Source: Auanema rhodensis (taxonomy: Eukaryota > Animalia > Nematoda). Taken from it: 64,000 nucleotides of DNA. The stretch's first letter is position 1, and each line of letters opens with the position of its first letter. The notes under the pieces were generated by a model. That model saw only the letters and a program-made list of their open reading frames with translations. It was not told the origin of the DNA and made no database searches. Positions 25,901-38,800 of this stretch are shown here, one piece after another. The position numbers and the translations under genes are program-made. The stretch covers positions 2,914,001 to 2,978,000 of the forward strand of contig OZ059900.1 of assembly GCA_964057225.1 (NCBI GenBank), in the 5' to 3' direction.

Positions 25901-28900
25901 ATCAAAAAAGGTCGAAAATAGAAAGAATTTTTGAAATTTACGAGTTTTGAGTCTAATTTGGCTAAATCGCTCATATATATGATCAGAAGCATAGTTTTAT
26001 TGTCTATGACAACGAAAGTCATTAATTAAACACTAATGATGTTTAAATCACTAAATTTCGCTCAAATAGCATTACTACACTAAGTATGGTCGTTTTTATG
26101 CCTTTAACACCATATACTCACCGATTTTTGGTACAAAATCTGTAATACTCGTAAATTTTGATCATATTCGGTGAGATTCGAGAATCAAACACACAATGCA
26201 CGAAATAAGTTTATTTTGACGAGTTTGCACTGATATTTATTCATTTTGATCAAAAAAGGTCGAAAATAGAAAGAATTTTTGAATTTTCCGAGTTTTGAGT
26301 CCAATTGGGCTAAATCGCTCATATATATGATCAAAAGCATAGTTTTACTGTCTATGATAACAAAAGTCTTCAAATATACACTAATGATGTGTAAATCACT
26401 GAATTTCACTCAAATAGCTTTACTACACTAAGTATGGTCGTTTTTATGCCTTTAACACCATATACTCACCGATTTTTGGTACAAAATCTGTAATACTCGT
26501 AAATTTTGATCATATTCGTTAAGATTTGAGAATCAAACATACAATACACAAAATCAGTCTATTTTTATGAGCTTGCACTGATATATATTCATTTTGATCA
26601 AAAAAGGTCGAAAATAGAAAGAACTTTTGAAATTTCCGAGTTTTGAGTCTAATTTGGCTAAATCGCTCATATATATGATCAAAAGCATAGTTTTATTGTC
26701 TATGACAACAAAAGTCATCAATTAAACGCTAGTGATGTTTAAATACTGAATTTCGCTCAAATAGCATTACTACACTAAGTATGGTCGTTTTTATGCCTTT
26801 AACACCATATACTCACCGATTTTTGGTACAAAATCTGTAATACTCGTAAATTTTGATCATATTCGTTAAGATTTGAGAATCAAACATACAATACACGAAA
26901 TAAGTTTATTTTGACGAGTTTGCACTGATATTTATTCATTTTGATCAAAAAAGGTCGAAAATAGAAAGAATTTTTGAATTTTCCGAGTTTTGAGTCCAAT
27001 TGGGCTAAATCGCTCATATATATGATCAAAAGCATAGTTTTACTGTCTATGATAACAAAAGTCTTCAAATATACACTAATGATGTGTAAATCACTGAATT
27101 TCACTCAAATAGCTTTACTACACTAAGTATGGTCGTTTTTATGCCTTTAACACCATATACTCACCGATTTTTGGTACAAAATCTGTAATACTCGTAAATT
27201 TTGATCATATTCGTTAAGATTTGAGAATCAAACATACAATACACAAAATCAGTCTATTTTTATGAGCTTGCACTGATATATATTCATTTTGATCAAAAAA
27301 GGTCGAAAATAGAAAGAACTTTTGAAATTTCCGAGTTTTGAGTCTAATTTGGCTAAATCGCTCATATATATGATCAAAAGCATAGTTTTATTGTCTATGA
27401 CAACAAAAGTCATCAATTAAACGCTAGTGATGTTTAAATACTGAATTTCGCTCAAATAGCATTACTACACTAAGTATGGTCGTTTTTATGCCTTTAACAC
27501 CATATACTCAACGATTTTTGGTACAAAATCTGTAATACTCGTAAATTTTGATCATATTCGTTAAGATTTGAGAATCAAACATACAATACACAAAATCAGT
27601 CTATTTTTATGAGTTTGCACTGATATTTATTCATTTTGATCAAAAAAGGTCGAAAATAGAAAGAATTTTTGAAATTTCCGAGTTTTGAGTCTAATTTGGC
27701 TAAATCGCTCATATATATGATCAGAAGCATAGTTTTATTGTCTATGACAACGAAAGTCATTAATTAAACACTAATGATGTTTAAATCACTAAATTTCGCT
27801 CAAATAGCATTACTACACTAAGTATGGTCGTTTTTATGCCTTTAACACCATATACTCAACGATTTTTGGTACAAAATCTGTAATACTCGTAAATTTTGAT
27901 CATATTCGGTGAGATTCGAGAATCAAACACACAATACACGAAATAAGTTTATTTTTACGAGTTTGCACTGATATTTATTCATTTTGATCAAAAAAGGTCG
28001 AAAATAGAAAGAATTTTTGAAATTTACGAGTTTTGAGTCTAATTTGGCTAAATCGCTCATATATATGATCAGAAGCATAGTTTTATTGTCTATGACAACG
28101 AAAGTCATTAATTAAACACTAATGATGTTTAAATCACTAAATTTCGCTCAAATAGCATTACTACACTAAGTATGGTCGTTTTTATGCCTTTAACACCATA
28201 TACTCACCGATTTTTGGTACAAAATCTGTAATACTCGTAAATTTTGATCATATTCGGTGAGATTCGAGAATCAAACACACAATGCACGAAATAAGTTTAT
28301 TTTGACGAGTTTGCACTGATATTTATTCATTTTGATCAAAAAAGGTCGAAAATAGAAAGAATTTTTGAATTTTCCGAGTTTTGAGTCCAATTGGGCTAAA
28401 TCGCTCATATATATGATCAAAAGCATAGTTTTACTGTCTATGATAACAAAAGTCTTCAAATATACACTAATGATGTGTAAATCACTGAATTTCACTCAAA
28501 TAGCTTTACTACACTAAGTATGGTCGTTTTTATGCCTTTAACACCATATACTCACCGATTTTTGGTACAAAATCTGTAATACTCGTAAATTTTGATCATA
28601 TTCGGTGAGATTCGAGAATCAAACACACAATGCACGAAATAAGTTTATTTTGACGAGTTTGCACTGATATTTATTCATTTTGATCAAAAAAGGTCGAAAA
28701 TAGAAAGAATTTTTGAATTTTCCGAGTTTTGAGTCCAATTGGGCTAAATCGCTCATATATATGATCAAAAGCATAGTTTTACTGTCTATGATAACAAAAG
28801 TCTTCAAATATACACTAATGATGTGTAAATCACTGAATTTCACTCAAATAGCTTTACTACACTAAGTATGGTCGTTTTTATGCCTTTAACACCATATACT

Positions 28901-31900
28901 CACCGATTTTTGGTACAAAATCTGTAATACTCGTAAATTTTGATCATATTCGGTGAGATTCGAGAATCAAACATACAATACACAAAATCAGTCTATTTTT
29001 ATGAGCTTGCACTGATATATATTCATTTTGATCAAAAAAGGTCGAAAATAGAAAGAATTTTTGAAATTTACGAGTTTTGAGTCTAATTTGGCTAAATCGC
29101 TCATATATATGATCAGAAGCATAGTTTTATTGTCTATGACAACGAAAGTCATTAATTAAACACTAATGATGTTTAAATCACTAAATTTCGCTCAAATAGC
29201 ATTACTACACTAAGTATGGTCGTTTTTATGCCTTTAACACCATATACTCACCGATTTTTGGTACAAAATCTGTAATACTCGTAAATTTTGATCATATTCG
29301 GTGAGATTCGAGAATCAAACACACAATGCACGAAATAAGTTTATTTTGACGAGTTTGCACTGATATTTATTCATTTTGATCAAAAAAGGTCGAAAATAGA
29401 AAGAATTTTTGAATTTTCCGAGTTTTGAGTCCAATTGGGCTAAATCGCTCATATATATGATCAAAAGCATAGTTTTACTGTCTATGATAACAAAAGTCTT
29501 CAAATATACACTAATGATGTGTAAATCACTGAATTTCACTCAAATAGCTTTACTACACTAAGTATGGTCGTTTTTATGCCTTTAACACCATATACTCACC
29601 GATTTTTGGTACAAAATCTGTAATACTCGTAAATTTTGATCATATTCGTTAAGATTTGAGAATCAAACATACAATACACAAAATCAGTCTATTTTTATGA
29701 GCTTGCACTGATATATATTCATTTTGATCAAAAAAGGTCGAAAATAGAAAGAATTTTTGAAATTTACGAGTTTTGAGTCTATTTTGGCTAAATCGCTCAT
29801 ATATATGATCAGAAGCATAGTTTTATTGTCTATGACAACGAAAGTCATTAGTTAAACACTAATGATGTTTAAATCACTAAATTTCGCTCAAATAGCATTA
29901 CTACACTAAGTATGGTCGTTTTTATGCCTTTAACACCATATACTCACCGATTTTTGGTACAAAATCTGTAATACTCGTAAATTTTGATCATATTCGGTGA
30001 GATTCGAGAATCAAACACATAATACACGAAATAAGTCTAGTTTTATGAGTTTGCACTGATATTTATTCATTTTGATCAAAAAAGGTCGAAAATAGAAAGA
30101 ATTTTTGAATTTTCCGAGTTTTGAGTCCAATTGGGCTAAATCGCTCATATATATGATCAAAAGCATAGTTTTACTGTCTATGATAACAAAAGTCTTCAAA
30201 TATACACTAATGATGTGTAAATCACTGAATTTCACTCAAATAGCTTTACTACACTAAGTATGGTCGTTTTTATGCCTTTAACACCATATACTCACCGATT
30301 TTTGGTACAAAATCTGTAATACTCGTAAATTTTGATCATATTCGTTAAGATTTGAGAATCAAACATACAATACACAAAATCAGTCTATTTTTATGAGCTT
30401 GCACTGATATATATTCATTTTGATCAAAAAAGGTCGAAAATAGAAAGAATTTTTGAAATTTCCGAGTTTTGAGTCTAATTTGGCTAAATCGCTCATATAT
30501 ATGATCAAAAGCATAGTTTTATTGTCTATGACAACAAAAGTCATCAATTAAACGCTAGTGATGTTTAAATACTGAATTTCGCTCAAATAGCATTACTACA
30601 CTAAGTATGGTCGTTTTTATGCCTTTAACACCATATACTCAACGATTTTTGTTACAAAATCTGTAATACTCGTAAATTTTGATCATATTCGTTAAGATTT
30701 GAGAATCAAACATACAATACACAAAATCAGTCTATTTTTATGAGCTTGCACTGATATATATTCACTTTGATCAAAAAAGGTCGAAAATAGAAAGAATTTT
30801 TGAAATTTCCGAGTTTTGAGTCTAATTTGGCTAAATCGCTCATATACATGATCAGAAGCATAGTTTTATTGTCTATGACAACAAAAGTCATCAATTAAAC
30901 ACTAATGATGTTTAAATCACTAAATTTCGCTCAAATAGCATTACTACACTAAGTATGGTCGTTTTTATGCCTTTAACACCATATACTCAACGATTTTTGG
31001 TACAAAATCTGTAATACTCGTAAATTTTGATCATATTCGTTAAGATTTGAGAATCAAACATACAATACACAAAATCAGTCTATTTTTATGAGCTTGCACT
31101 GATATATATTCATTTTGATCAAAAAAGGTCGAAAATAGAAAGAATTTTTGAAATTTCCGAGTTTTGAGTCTAATTTGGCTAAATCGCTCATATATATGAT
31201 CAAAAGCATAGTTTTACTGTCTATGATAACAAAAGTCTTCAAATATACACTAATAATGATTTAATCACTGAATTTCACTCAAATAGCATTACTACACTAA
31301 GTATGGTCGTTTTTATGCCTTTAACACCATATACTCACCGATTTTTGGTACAAAATCTGTGATACTCGTAAATTTTGATCATATTCGGTGAGATTCGAGA
31401 ATCAAACACACAATACACGAAATAAGTTTATTTTTACGAGTTTGCACTGATATTTATTCATTTTGATTAAAAAAGGTCGAAAATAGAAAGAATTTTTGAA
31501 ATTTACGAGTTTTGAGTCTAATTTGGCTAAATCGCTCATATATATGATCAGAAGCATAGTTTTATTGTCTATGACAACGAAAGTCATTAATTAAACACTA
31601 ATGATGTTTAAATCACTAAATTTCGCTCAAATAGCATTACTACACTAAGTATGGTCGTTTTTATGCCTTTAACACCATATACTCACCGATTTTTGGTACA
31701 AAATCTGTAATACTCGTAAATTTTGATCATATTCGGTGAGATTCGAGAATCAAACACACAATGCACGAAATAAGTTTATTTTGACGAGTTTGCACTGATA
31801 TTCATTCATTTTGATCAAAAAAGGTCGAAAATAGAAAGAATTTTTGAATTTTCCGAGTTTTGAGTCCAATCGGGCTAAATCGCTCATATATATGATCAAA

Positions 31901-33729
31901 AGCATAGTTTTACTGTCTATGATAACAAAAGTCTTCAAATATACACTAATGATGTGTAAATCACTGAATTTCACTCAAATAGCTTTACTACACTAAGTAT
32001 GGTCGTTTTTATGCCTTTAACACCATATACTCACCGATTTTTGGTACAAAATCTGTAATACTCGTAAATTTTGATCATATTCGGTGAGATTCGAGAATCA
32101 AACACACAATGCACGAAATAAGTTTATTTTGACGAGTTTGCACTGATATTTATTCATTTTGATCAAAAAAGGTCGAAAATAGAAAGAATTTTTGAATTTT
32201 CCGAGTTTTGAGTCCAATTGGGCTAAATCGCTCATATATATGATCAAAAGCATAGTTTTACTGTCTATGATAACAAAAGTCTTCAAATATACACTAATGA
32301 TGTGTAAATCACTGAATTTCACTCAAATAGCTTTACTACACTAAGTATGGTCGTTTTTATGCCTTTAACACCATATACTCACCGATTTTTGGTACAAAAT
32401 CTGTAACACTCGTAAATTTTGATCATATTCGTTAAGATTTGAGAATCAAACATACAATACACAAAATCAGTCTATTTTTATGAGCTTGCACTGATATATA
32501 TTCATTTTGATCGAAAAAGGTCGAAAATAGAAAGAATTTTTGAAATTTACGAGTTTTGAGTCTAATTTGGCTAAATCGCTCATATATATGATCAGAAGCA
32601 TAGTTGTTTTGTCTATGACAACAAAAGTCATTAGTTAAACACTAATGATGTTTAAATCACTAAATTTCGCTCAAATAGCATTACTACACTAAGTATGGTC
32701 GTTTTTATGCCTTTAACACCATATACTCACCGATTTTTGGTACAAAATCTGTAATACTCGTAAATTTTGATCATATTCGGTGAGATTCGAGAATCAAACA
32801 CACAATACACGAAATGAGTTTATTTTTACGAGTTTGCACTGATATTTATTCATTTTGATCAAAAAAGGTCGAAAATAGAAAGAATTTTTGAAATTTCCGA
32901 GTTTTGAGTCTAATTTGGCTAAATCGCTCATATATATGATCAAAAGCATAGTTTTACTGTCTATGATAACAAAAGTCTTCAAATATACACTAATAATGTG
33001 TAAATCACTGAATTTAACTCAAATAGCATTACTACACTAAGTATGGTCGTTTTTATGCCTTTAACACCATATACTCACCGATTTTTGGTACAAAATCTGT
33101 GATACTCGTAAATTTTGATCATATTCGGTGAGATTCCAGAATCAAACACACAATACACGAAATAAGTTTATTTTTACGAGTTTGCACTGATATTTATTCA
33201 TTTTGATCAAAAAAGGTCGAAAATAGAAAGAATTTTTGAAATTTCCGAGTTTTGAGTCTAATTTGGCTAAATCGCTCATATATATGATCAAAAGCATAGT
33301 TTTATTGTCTATGACAACAAAAGTCATCAATTAAACGCTAGTGATGTTTAAATACTGAATTTCGCTCAAATAGCATTACTACACTAAGTATGGTCGTTTT
33401 TATGCCTTTAACACCATATACTCACCGATTTTTGGTACAAAATCTGTAATACTCGTAAATTTTGATCATATTCGTTAAGATTTGAGAATCAAACATACAA
33501 TACACAAAATCAGTCTATTTTTATGAGCTTGCACTGATATATATTCATTTTGATCAAAAAAGGTCGAAAATAGAAAGAATTTTTGAAATTTACGAGTTTT
33601 GAGTCTAATTTGGCTAAATCGCTCATATATATGATCAGAAGCATAGTTTTATTGTCTATGACAACGAAAGTCATTAATTAAACACTAATGATGTTTAAAT
33701 ACTGAATTTCGCTCAAATAGCATTACTAC

Positions 33730-35816
33730 ACTAAGTATGGTCGTTTTTATGCCTTTAACACCATATACTCACCGATTTTTGGTACAAAATCTGTAATACT
33801 CGTAAATTTTGATCATATTCGGTGAGATTCGAGAATCAAACACACAATGCACGAAATAAGTTTATTTTGACGAGTTTGCACTGATATATATTCATTTTGA
33901 TCAAAAAAGGTCGAAAATAGAAAGAATTTTTGAAATTTACGAGTTTTGAGTCTAATTTGGCTAAATCGCTCATATATATGATCAGAAGCATAGTTTTATT
34001 GTCTATGACAACGAAAGTCATTAATTAAACACTAATGATGTGTAAATCACTGAATTTCACTCAAATAGCATTACTACACTAAGTATGGTCGTTTTTATGC
34101 CTTTAACACCATATACTCACCGATTTTTGGTACAAAATCTGTAATACTCGTAAATTTTGATCATATTCGGTGAGATTCGAGAATCAAACACATAATACAC
34201 GAAATAAGTCTAGTTTTATGAGTTTGCACTGATATTTATTCATTTTGATCAAAAAAGGTCGAAAATAGAAAGAATTTTTGAATTTTCCGAGTTTTGAGTC
34301 CAATTGGGCTAAATCGCTCATATATATGATCAAAAGCATAGTTTTACTGTCTATGATAACAAAAGTCTTCAAATATACACTAATGATGTGTAAATCACTG
34401 AATTTCACTCAAATAGCTTTACTACACTAAGTATGGTCGTTTTTATGCCTTTAACACCATATACTCACCGATTTTTGGTACAAAATCTGTAATACTCGTA
34501 AATTTTGATCATATTCGGTGAGATTCGAGAATCAAACATACAATACACAAAATAAGTTTATTTTGACGAGTTTGCACTGATATATATTCATTTTGATCAA
34601 AAAAGGTCGAAAATAGAAAGAATTTTTGAATTTTCCGAGTTTTGAGTCCAATTGGGCTAAATCGCTCATATATATGATCAAAAGCATAGTTTTACTGTCT
34701 ATGATAACAAAAGTCTTCAAATATACACTAATGATGTGTAAATCACTGAATTTCACTCAAATAGCTTTACTACACTAAGTATGGTCGTTTTTATGCCTTT
34801 AACACCATATACTCACCGATTTTTGGTACAAAATCTGTAACACTCGTAAATTTTGATCATATTCGTTAAGATTTGAGAATCAAACATACAATACACAAAA
34901 TCAGTCTATTTTTATGAGCTTGCACTGATATATATTCATTTTGATCGAAAAAGGTCGAAAATAGAAAGAATTTTTGAAATTTACGAGTTTTGAGTCTAAT
35001 TTGGCTAAATCGCTCATATATATGATCAGAAGCATAGTTTTTTTGTCTATGACAACGAAAGTCATTAATTAAACACTAATGATGTTTAAATACTGAATTT
35101 CGCTCAAATAGCATTACTACACTAAGTATGGTCGTTTTTATGCCTTTAACACCATATACTCACCGATTTTTGGTACAAAATCTGTAATACTCGTAAATTT
35201 TGATCATATTCAGTGAGATTCGAGAATCAAACACACAATGCACGAAATAAGTTTATTTTGACGAGTTTGCACTGATATATATTCATTTTGATCAAAAAAG
35301 GTCGAAAATAGAAAGAATTTTTGAAATTTACGAGTTTTGAGTCTAATTTGGCTAAATCGCTCATATATATGATCAGAAGCATAGTTTTATTGTCTATGAC
35401 AACGAAAGTCATTAATTAAACACTAATGATGTGTAAATCACTGAATTTCACTCAAATAGCATTACTACACTAAGTATGGTCGTTTTTATGCCTTTAACAC
35501 CATATACTCACCGATTTTTGGTACAAAATCTGTAATACTCGTAAATTTTGATCATATTCGGTGAGATTCGAGAATCAAACACATAATACACGAAATAAGT
35601 CTAGTTTTATGAGTTTGCACTGATATTTATTCATTTTGATCAAAAAAGGTCGAAAATAGAAAGAATTTTTGAATTTTCCGAGTTTTGAGTCCAATTGGGC
35701 TAAATCGCTCATATATATGATCAAAAGCATAGTTTTACTGTCTATGATAACAAAAGTCTTCAAATATACACTAATGATGTGTAAATCACTGAATTTCACT
35801 CAAATAGCTTTACTAC
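33730..35816 (+). repeat. Local duplication with 4-monomer (1391-bp) offset (M98-99 / M102-103)
   Basis: Identical ORF translations at 33836/35227 and 34184/35575. Both pairs are preceded by the same rare hybrid 347-bp 3' end, CACTAATGATGTTTAAATACTGAA (M97, M101). Confidence 0.82.
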
Positions 35817-38800
35817 ACTAAGTATGGTCGTTTTTATGCCTTTAACACCATATACTCACCGATTTTTGGTACAAAATCTGTAACACTCGTAAATTTTGAT
35901 CATATTCGTTAAGATTTGAGAATCAAACATACAATACACAAAATCAGTCTATTTTTATGAGCTTGCACTGATATATATTCATTTTGATCGAAAAAGGTCG
36001 AAAATAGAAAGAATTTTTGAAATTTACGAGTTTTGAGTCTAATTTGGCTAAATCGCTCATATATATGATCAGAAGCATAGTTTTTTTGTCTATGACAACA
36101 AAAGTCATTAGTTAAACACTAATGATGTTTAAATCACTAAATTTCGCTCAAATAGCATTACTACACTAAGTATGGTCGTTTTTATGCCTTTAACACCATA
36201 TACTCACCGATTTTTGGTACAAAATCTGTAATACTCGTAAATTTTGATCATATTCGTTAAGATTTGAGAATCAAACATACAATACACAAAATCAGTCTAT
36301 TTTTATGAGCTTGCACTGATATATATTCATTTTGATCAAAAAAGGTCGAAAATAGAAAGAATTTTTGAAATTTACGAGTTTTGAATCTAATTTGGCTAAA
36401 TCGCTCATATATATGATCAAAAGCATAGTTTTACTGTCTATGATAACAAAAGTCTTCAAATATACACTAATAATGATTTAATCACTAAATTTCACTCAAA
36501 TAGCATTACTACACTAAGTATGGTCGTTTTTATGCCTTTAACACCATATACTCACCGATTTTTGGTACAAAATCTGTGATACTCGTAAATTTTGATCATA
36601 TTCGGTGAGATTCGAGAATCAAACACACAATACACGAAATAAGTTTATTTTTACGAGTTTGCACTGATATTTATTCATTTTGATCAAAAAAGGTCGAAAA
36701 TAGAAAGAATTTTTGAAATTTCCGAGTTTTGAGTCTAATTTGGCTAAATCGCTCATATATATGATCAAAAGCATAGTTTTACTGTCTATGATAACAAAAG
36801 TCTTCAAATATACACTAATAATGTGTAAATCACTGAATTTAACTCAAATAGCATTACTACACTAAGTATGGTCGTTTTTATGCCTTTAACACCATATACT
36901 CACCGATTTTTGGTACAAAATCTGTGATACTCGTAAATTTTGATCATATTCGGTGAGATTCCAGAATCAAACACACAATACACGAAATAAGTTTATTTTT
37001 ACGAGTTTGCACTGATATTTATTCATTTTGATCAAAAAAGGTCGAAAATAGAAAGAATTTTTGAAATTTCCGAGTTTTGAGTCTAATTTGGCTAAATCGC
37101 TCATATATATGATCAAAAGCATAGTTTTATTGTCTATGACAACAAAAGTCATCAATTAAACGCTAGTGATGTTTAAATACTGAATTTCGCTCAAATAGCA
37201 TTACTACACTAAGTATGGTCGTTTTTATGCCTTTAACACCATATACTCACCGATTTTTGGTACAAAATCTGTAATACTCGTAAATTTTGATCATATTCGT
37301 TAAGATTTGAGAATCAAACATACAATACACAAAATCAGTCTATTTTTATGAGCTTGCACTGATATATATTCATTTTGATCAAAAAAGGTCGAAAATAGAA
37401 AGAATTTTTGAAATTTACGAGTTTTGAGTCTAATTTGGCTAAATCGCTCATATATATGATCAGAAGCATAGTTTTATTGTCTATGACAACGAAAGTCATT
37501 AATTAAACACTAATGATGTTTAAATCACTAAATTTCGCTCAAATAGCATTACTACACTAAGTATGGTCGTTTTTATGCCTTTAACACCATATACTCACCG
37601 ATTTTTGGTACAAAATCTGTAATACTCGTAAATTTTGATCATATTCGGTGAGATTTGAGAATCAAACATACAATACACAAAATCAGTCTATTTTTATGAG
37701 CTTGCACTGATATATATTCATTTTGATCAAAAAAGGTCGAAAATAGAAAGAATTTTTGAAATTTACGAGTTTTGAGTCTAATTTGGCTAAATCGCTCATA
37801 TATATGATCAGAAGCATAGTTTTATTGTCTATGACAACGAAAGTCATTAATTAAACACTAATGATGTTTAAATCACTAAATTTCGCTCAAATAGCATTAC
37901 TACACTAAGTATGGTCGTTTTTATGCCTTTAACACCATATACTCACCGATTTTTGGTACAAAATCTGTAATACTCGTAAATTTTGATCATATTCGGTGAG
38001 ATTCGAGAATCAAACACACAATGCACGAAATAAGTTTATTTTGACGAGTTTGCACTGATATTTATTCATTTTGATCAAAAAAGGTCGAAAATAGAAAGAA
38101 TTTTTGAATTTTCCGAGTTTTGAGTCCAATTGGGCTAAATCGCTCATATATATGATCAAAAGCATAGTTTTACTGTCTATGATAACAAAAGTCTTCAAAT
38201 ATACACTAATGATGTGTAAATCACTGAATTTCACTCAAATAGCTTTACTACACTAAGTATGGTCGTTTTTATGCCTTTAACACCATATACTCACCGATTT
38301 TTGGTACAAAATCTGTAATACTCGTAAATTTTGATCATATTCGGTGAGATTCGAGAATCAAACACACAATGCACGAAATAAGTTTATTTTGACGAGTTTG
38401 CACTGATATTTATTCATTTTGATCAAAAAAGGTCGAAAATAGAAAGAATTTTTGAATTTTCCGAGTTTTGAGTCCAATTGGGCTAAATCGCTCATATATA
38501 TGATCAAAAGCATAGTTTTACTGTCTATGATAACAAAAGTCTTCAAATATACACTAATGATGTGTAAATCACTGAATTTCACTCAAATAGCTTTACTACA
38601 CTAAGTATGGTCGTTTTTATGCCTTTAACACCATATACTCACCGATTTTTGGTACAAAATCTGTAACACTCGTAAATTTTGATCATATTCGTTAAGATTT
38701 GAGAATCAAACATACAATACACAAAATCAGTCTATTTTTATGAGCTTGCACTGATATATATTCATTTTGATCGAAAAAGGTCGAAAATAGAAAGAATTTT

